Shown in pieces: positions 61,700-64,000 of a DNA stretch of 64,000 nucleotides. The notes below the pieces were generated by a model. It was not told the origin of the DNA and ran no database searches. It was given only the letters and a program-made list of their open reading frames with translations. The stretch is taken from assembly GCA_964428615.1 (NCBI GenBank), contig CAYRXZ010000001.1, positions 2,334-66,333 of the forward strand. Direction: 5' to 3'. The position numbers were made by a program, and so were the translations under genes. The stretch's first letter is position 1. Every line of letters begins with the position of its first letter. The DNA is from an uncultured Candidatus Saccharibacteria bacterium (lineage in GTDB: Bacteria > Patescibacteriota > Minisyncoccia > UBA6257 > UBA9933).

Positions 61700-62269
61700 C
61701 TACCTGGCTTTCTCTTTTTTTATTAATTCCACTACTTTGGTAATCAACTCTTTTGGATCATCGGAAAAAACTATTTTATCTTTCATTTCTTCCGCTCTAT
61801 GAGATTTTTCAATTATTTCTTTAATTAACTCATCTGTTTCCCATTCACCGGTTAAAATTCCTATTGGTTTTTTATCTTCAAAGGCAATTGTGAATTCGTT
61901 TAATGTTCCCATTCGACCACAACCGACCACAACCGCATCCGCCGAACGGGTCAAAAGCAAATTTCTTCCGGAATATCCAAAACCCGTATAAATAATCAAA
62001 TTTTGATAATCAAGCGGCAATTTATAATATTCGACGTGTTCTTTTTCTGAGTCAGCAGGAGAAATCCCAACAACAATCCCATTAGCGCTTTTTGCACCCT
62101 TAGCCGCCCAATAGGGGAAACCCGTTGTTGCGCCATTAACTAAAACACAACCCTGTTTAATTATTTCCTTCCCTAATTCTTCAGCTTTTGCTAAAGCCGA
62201 ATCACCACACATGTCCGTTTCTGCCGCCCCAGAAACGCAAATTTTATATTTAGGATAATTGTTATTCAT
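61700..62269 (-). CDS. LOG-family / TIGR00725-like Rossmann-fold nucleotide-binding protein
   Basis: 189 aa; GCGRMGTLNEF resembles LOG PGGxGTxxE motif. Confidence 0.5.
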   Translation of the reverse strand: MNNNYPKYKICVSGAAETDMCGDSALAKAEELGKEIIKQGCVLVNGATTGFPYWAAKGAKSANGIVVGISPADSEKEHVEYYKLPLDYQNLIIYTGFGYSGRNLLLTRSADAVVVGCGRMGTLNEFTIAFEDKKPIGILTGEWETDELIKEIIEKSHRAEEMKDKIVFSDDPKELITKVVELIKKEKAR

Positions 62270-62281
62270 ATATAATGTAAA

Positions 62282-63664
62282 TTATAACACAAATTCTTCC
62301 CCTACTGAAGGAATTATTACGTTAAGAGCCAATTCATCTTTTATTTCTTGAGCTAAGGCTAATGCACTTTTTTCTTCTCCCTGAACAACAAAAACTTTTT
62401 TTGCGCTAAAGCGCATGGGCCGAAGCCAGTTTAAAAGTTGCCGCTGATCAGCGTGCGCCGAATATCCGGCAATTGATTTCATTTTGCATTTTACCGAAAT
62501 TTCTTCACCGTTAATTTTTACCCATTTTTCTCCGTCCAAAATCCGTCTTCCTAAAGAACCATTAACCTGATAGCCAATAAATAAAATCGCGCTTTTGGGG
62601 TCAGGCAGATAACGCATTTCATGATGCAAGATTCTTCCACCTTGCGACATTCCCGAACCAGCAATAATTATTTTTGGCGGAGGAATATTATTTATTTCTT
62701 TTGACTGCTCTGTCGTAAGAGTTGTTTTTAGCCCTGGAAAATTAAATATCGCGTCACCTTTTTTTAAAAGCGCAATCGCTTCTTCACGGAAATATCTTGT
62801 ATCTTGTGAATATTTTCTATAAACTGAAGTCAATTTAATTGCCAATGGGCTATCTACAAATACTAAAACTTTAGGGACACGGCCATTTTCGACTAATTCG
62901 TTTAATTCAAATAAAAGTTCCTGTGTGCGCTCCATAGCAAAAGCCGGTATCATTAAGGTTCCACCAGTATTAATTATTTCTTCGATAAAATCTTCAAGCA
63001 TTTCTTTTCTAGATTCAAGATTCTCATGAAGCCTGTCGCCGTAAGCAGACTCTATTAAAACATAATCTGCATTTTCTATTACATCGCCATCTTTAATAAA
63101 TGGCGCCGGAGAATTACCTAAATCACCCGAAAAAATAACTCTTTTCCCACCCGAAGAAACCGAAATAGAGCTTGAACCAAGAATATGACCAGCATTAAAA
63201 AATTCTATATCTAATTCGTTAATTTTTAGCTTTTCATGATAATCAACTTTTTTCCATAAAAACATAACGTTTTTAACATCTTCAATGCTATAAATTGGTT
63301 CTTTATTTTTTTCGCGAGCTTCTCTGTTTAAAATATTTTCCGAATCAAGTAAAAGCTCTTCGGCAAAATCTTTAGTTGGTGAAGTTGAAAAAATATCACC
63401 GCGAAAACCGGCTTTATAAAGCTGAGGCAAACGGCCAATGTGGTCTATATGAGCGTGAGTAATTAAAACTGCTTTAATAGTTTCCGGATCATAAACAAAG
63501 GGTTCAAAATTTATGCTTTCCAAAAAATTAGAACCCTGATTAAGACCGCAATCAACAAGTACGCTGTCATTTATCAAATAATTAGCGCCTGTAACATTTT
63601 TTGCTCCACCACAAAATTTGAGCTTCATATGAAAATTGTAGCAAATCTGCCCGAAAATAGACAT
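62282..63664 (-). CDS. MBL-fold beta-CASP family ribonuclease (RNase J/CPSF73-like)
   Basis: 460 aa; HAHIDHIGRLP metallo-beta-lactamase motif 2, downstream beta-CASP and RNA-specificity blocks. Confidence 0.6.
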   Translation of the reverse strand: MSIFGQICYNFHMKLKFCGGAKNVTGANYLINDSVLVDCGLNQGSNFLESINFEPFVYDPETIKAVLITHAHIDHIGRLPQLYKAGFRGDIFSTSPTKDFAEELLLDSENILNREAREKNKEPIYSIEDVKNVMFLWKKVDYHEKLKINELDIEFFNAGHILGSSSISVSSGGKRVIFSGDLGNSPAPFIKDGDVIENADYVLIESAYGDRLHENLESRKEMLEDFIEEIINTGGTLMIPAFAMERTQELLFELNELVENGRVPKVLVFVDSPLAIKLTSVYRKYSQDTRYFREEAIALLKKGDAIFNFPGLKTTLTTEQSKEINNIPPPKIIIAGSGMSQGGRILHHEMRYLPDPKSAILFIGYQVNGSLGRRILDGEKWVKINGEEISVKCKMKSIAGYSAHADQRQLLNWLRPMRFSAKKVFVVQGEEKSALALAQEIKDELALNVIIPSVGEEFVL

Positions 63665-63757
63665 ATTTAAAGGGCTTTACAAAACTGAATAGATGTGCTA
63701 TGTTTTATTTAGTTATATTAATAATAAAAAATAACAAAAAAAGGAGAAAATCTTTTA

Positions 63758-64000
63758 TGAAAGTGAAAAGAAATTCTGTGTATGGCGCAATACTGGGAGT
63801 CATTTCTATAATCGCATTGTTGGCGGTAATGAATTATTACGCCGCCGGATACGATCGGGCCCTCGGAATTGGAGCGCCATCGTTTTTAACGGTATCCGCC
63901 TATGTGATCTTAGATATCACAGTTGTCATCTTTATAGTTTTTTGGGTCGCGGATAGGCTCAAAAAACGAAAAGTTAATTTCTATTTCATAAAAAAACCAT
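63758..64000 (+). CDS. Hypothetical membrane protein (partial, runs off window end)
   Basis: ATG at 63758; MKVKRNSVYGAILGVISIIALLAV... two TM helices; preceded by AGGAG RBS. Confidence 0.3.

Overview
This 64-kb window is low-GC and gene-dense. The minimal proteins, a giant lamin-tail-domain surface protein, a Com/type-IV-pilus operon, many small hypothetical membrane proteins and tRNAs with no encoded CCA all point to a reduced-genome Patescibacteria/CPR-like bacterium. The core content is housekeeping. It includes RNase Y (partial), a lower-glycolysis block (gpmI, eno, ppsA, MOFRL glycerate kinase), ileS, cysS, pheT, dnaB, rnhB, mnmA, efp, mreCD, the grpE-dnaK-dnaJ chaperone operon, an EndoQ-like PHP nuclease, a tripartite MacAB-like ABC efflux system, mscL, a lactate permease, and tRNA-Asn, tRNA-Lys, tRNA-Val and tRNA-Arg. 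Five observations go beyond ordinary annotation. (1) Two paralogous truncated PaaX-like winged-HTH regulators are each bracketed by two copies of a gene-specific 38-bp palindrome; one sits exactly where hrcA normally heads the grpE-dnaK-dnaJ operon, the other lies divergent from a 1627-aa surface protein. (2) IleRS carries a complete RHG histidine-phosphatase (PGM-like) domain inserted in its catalytic core. (3) Short tandem heptanucleotide repeats of 3-6 units are scattered through intergenic DNA and sit in-frame inside essential genes (glycerate kinase, ileS, eno, rnhB, mnmA). (4) The tRNA-Asn locus carries a GIY-YIG nuclease gene and three degenerate tRNA-Asn-like copies with structured hairpin insertions in their D/T loops. 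(5) A compositionally GC-richer island encodes cysteine-rich small proteins between rnhB and the giant surface-protein gene. No CRISPR array, rRNA, transposase or integrase is visible.
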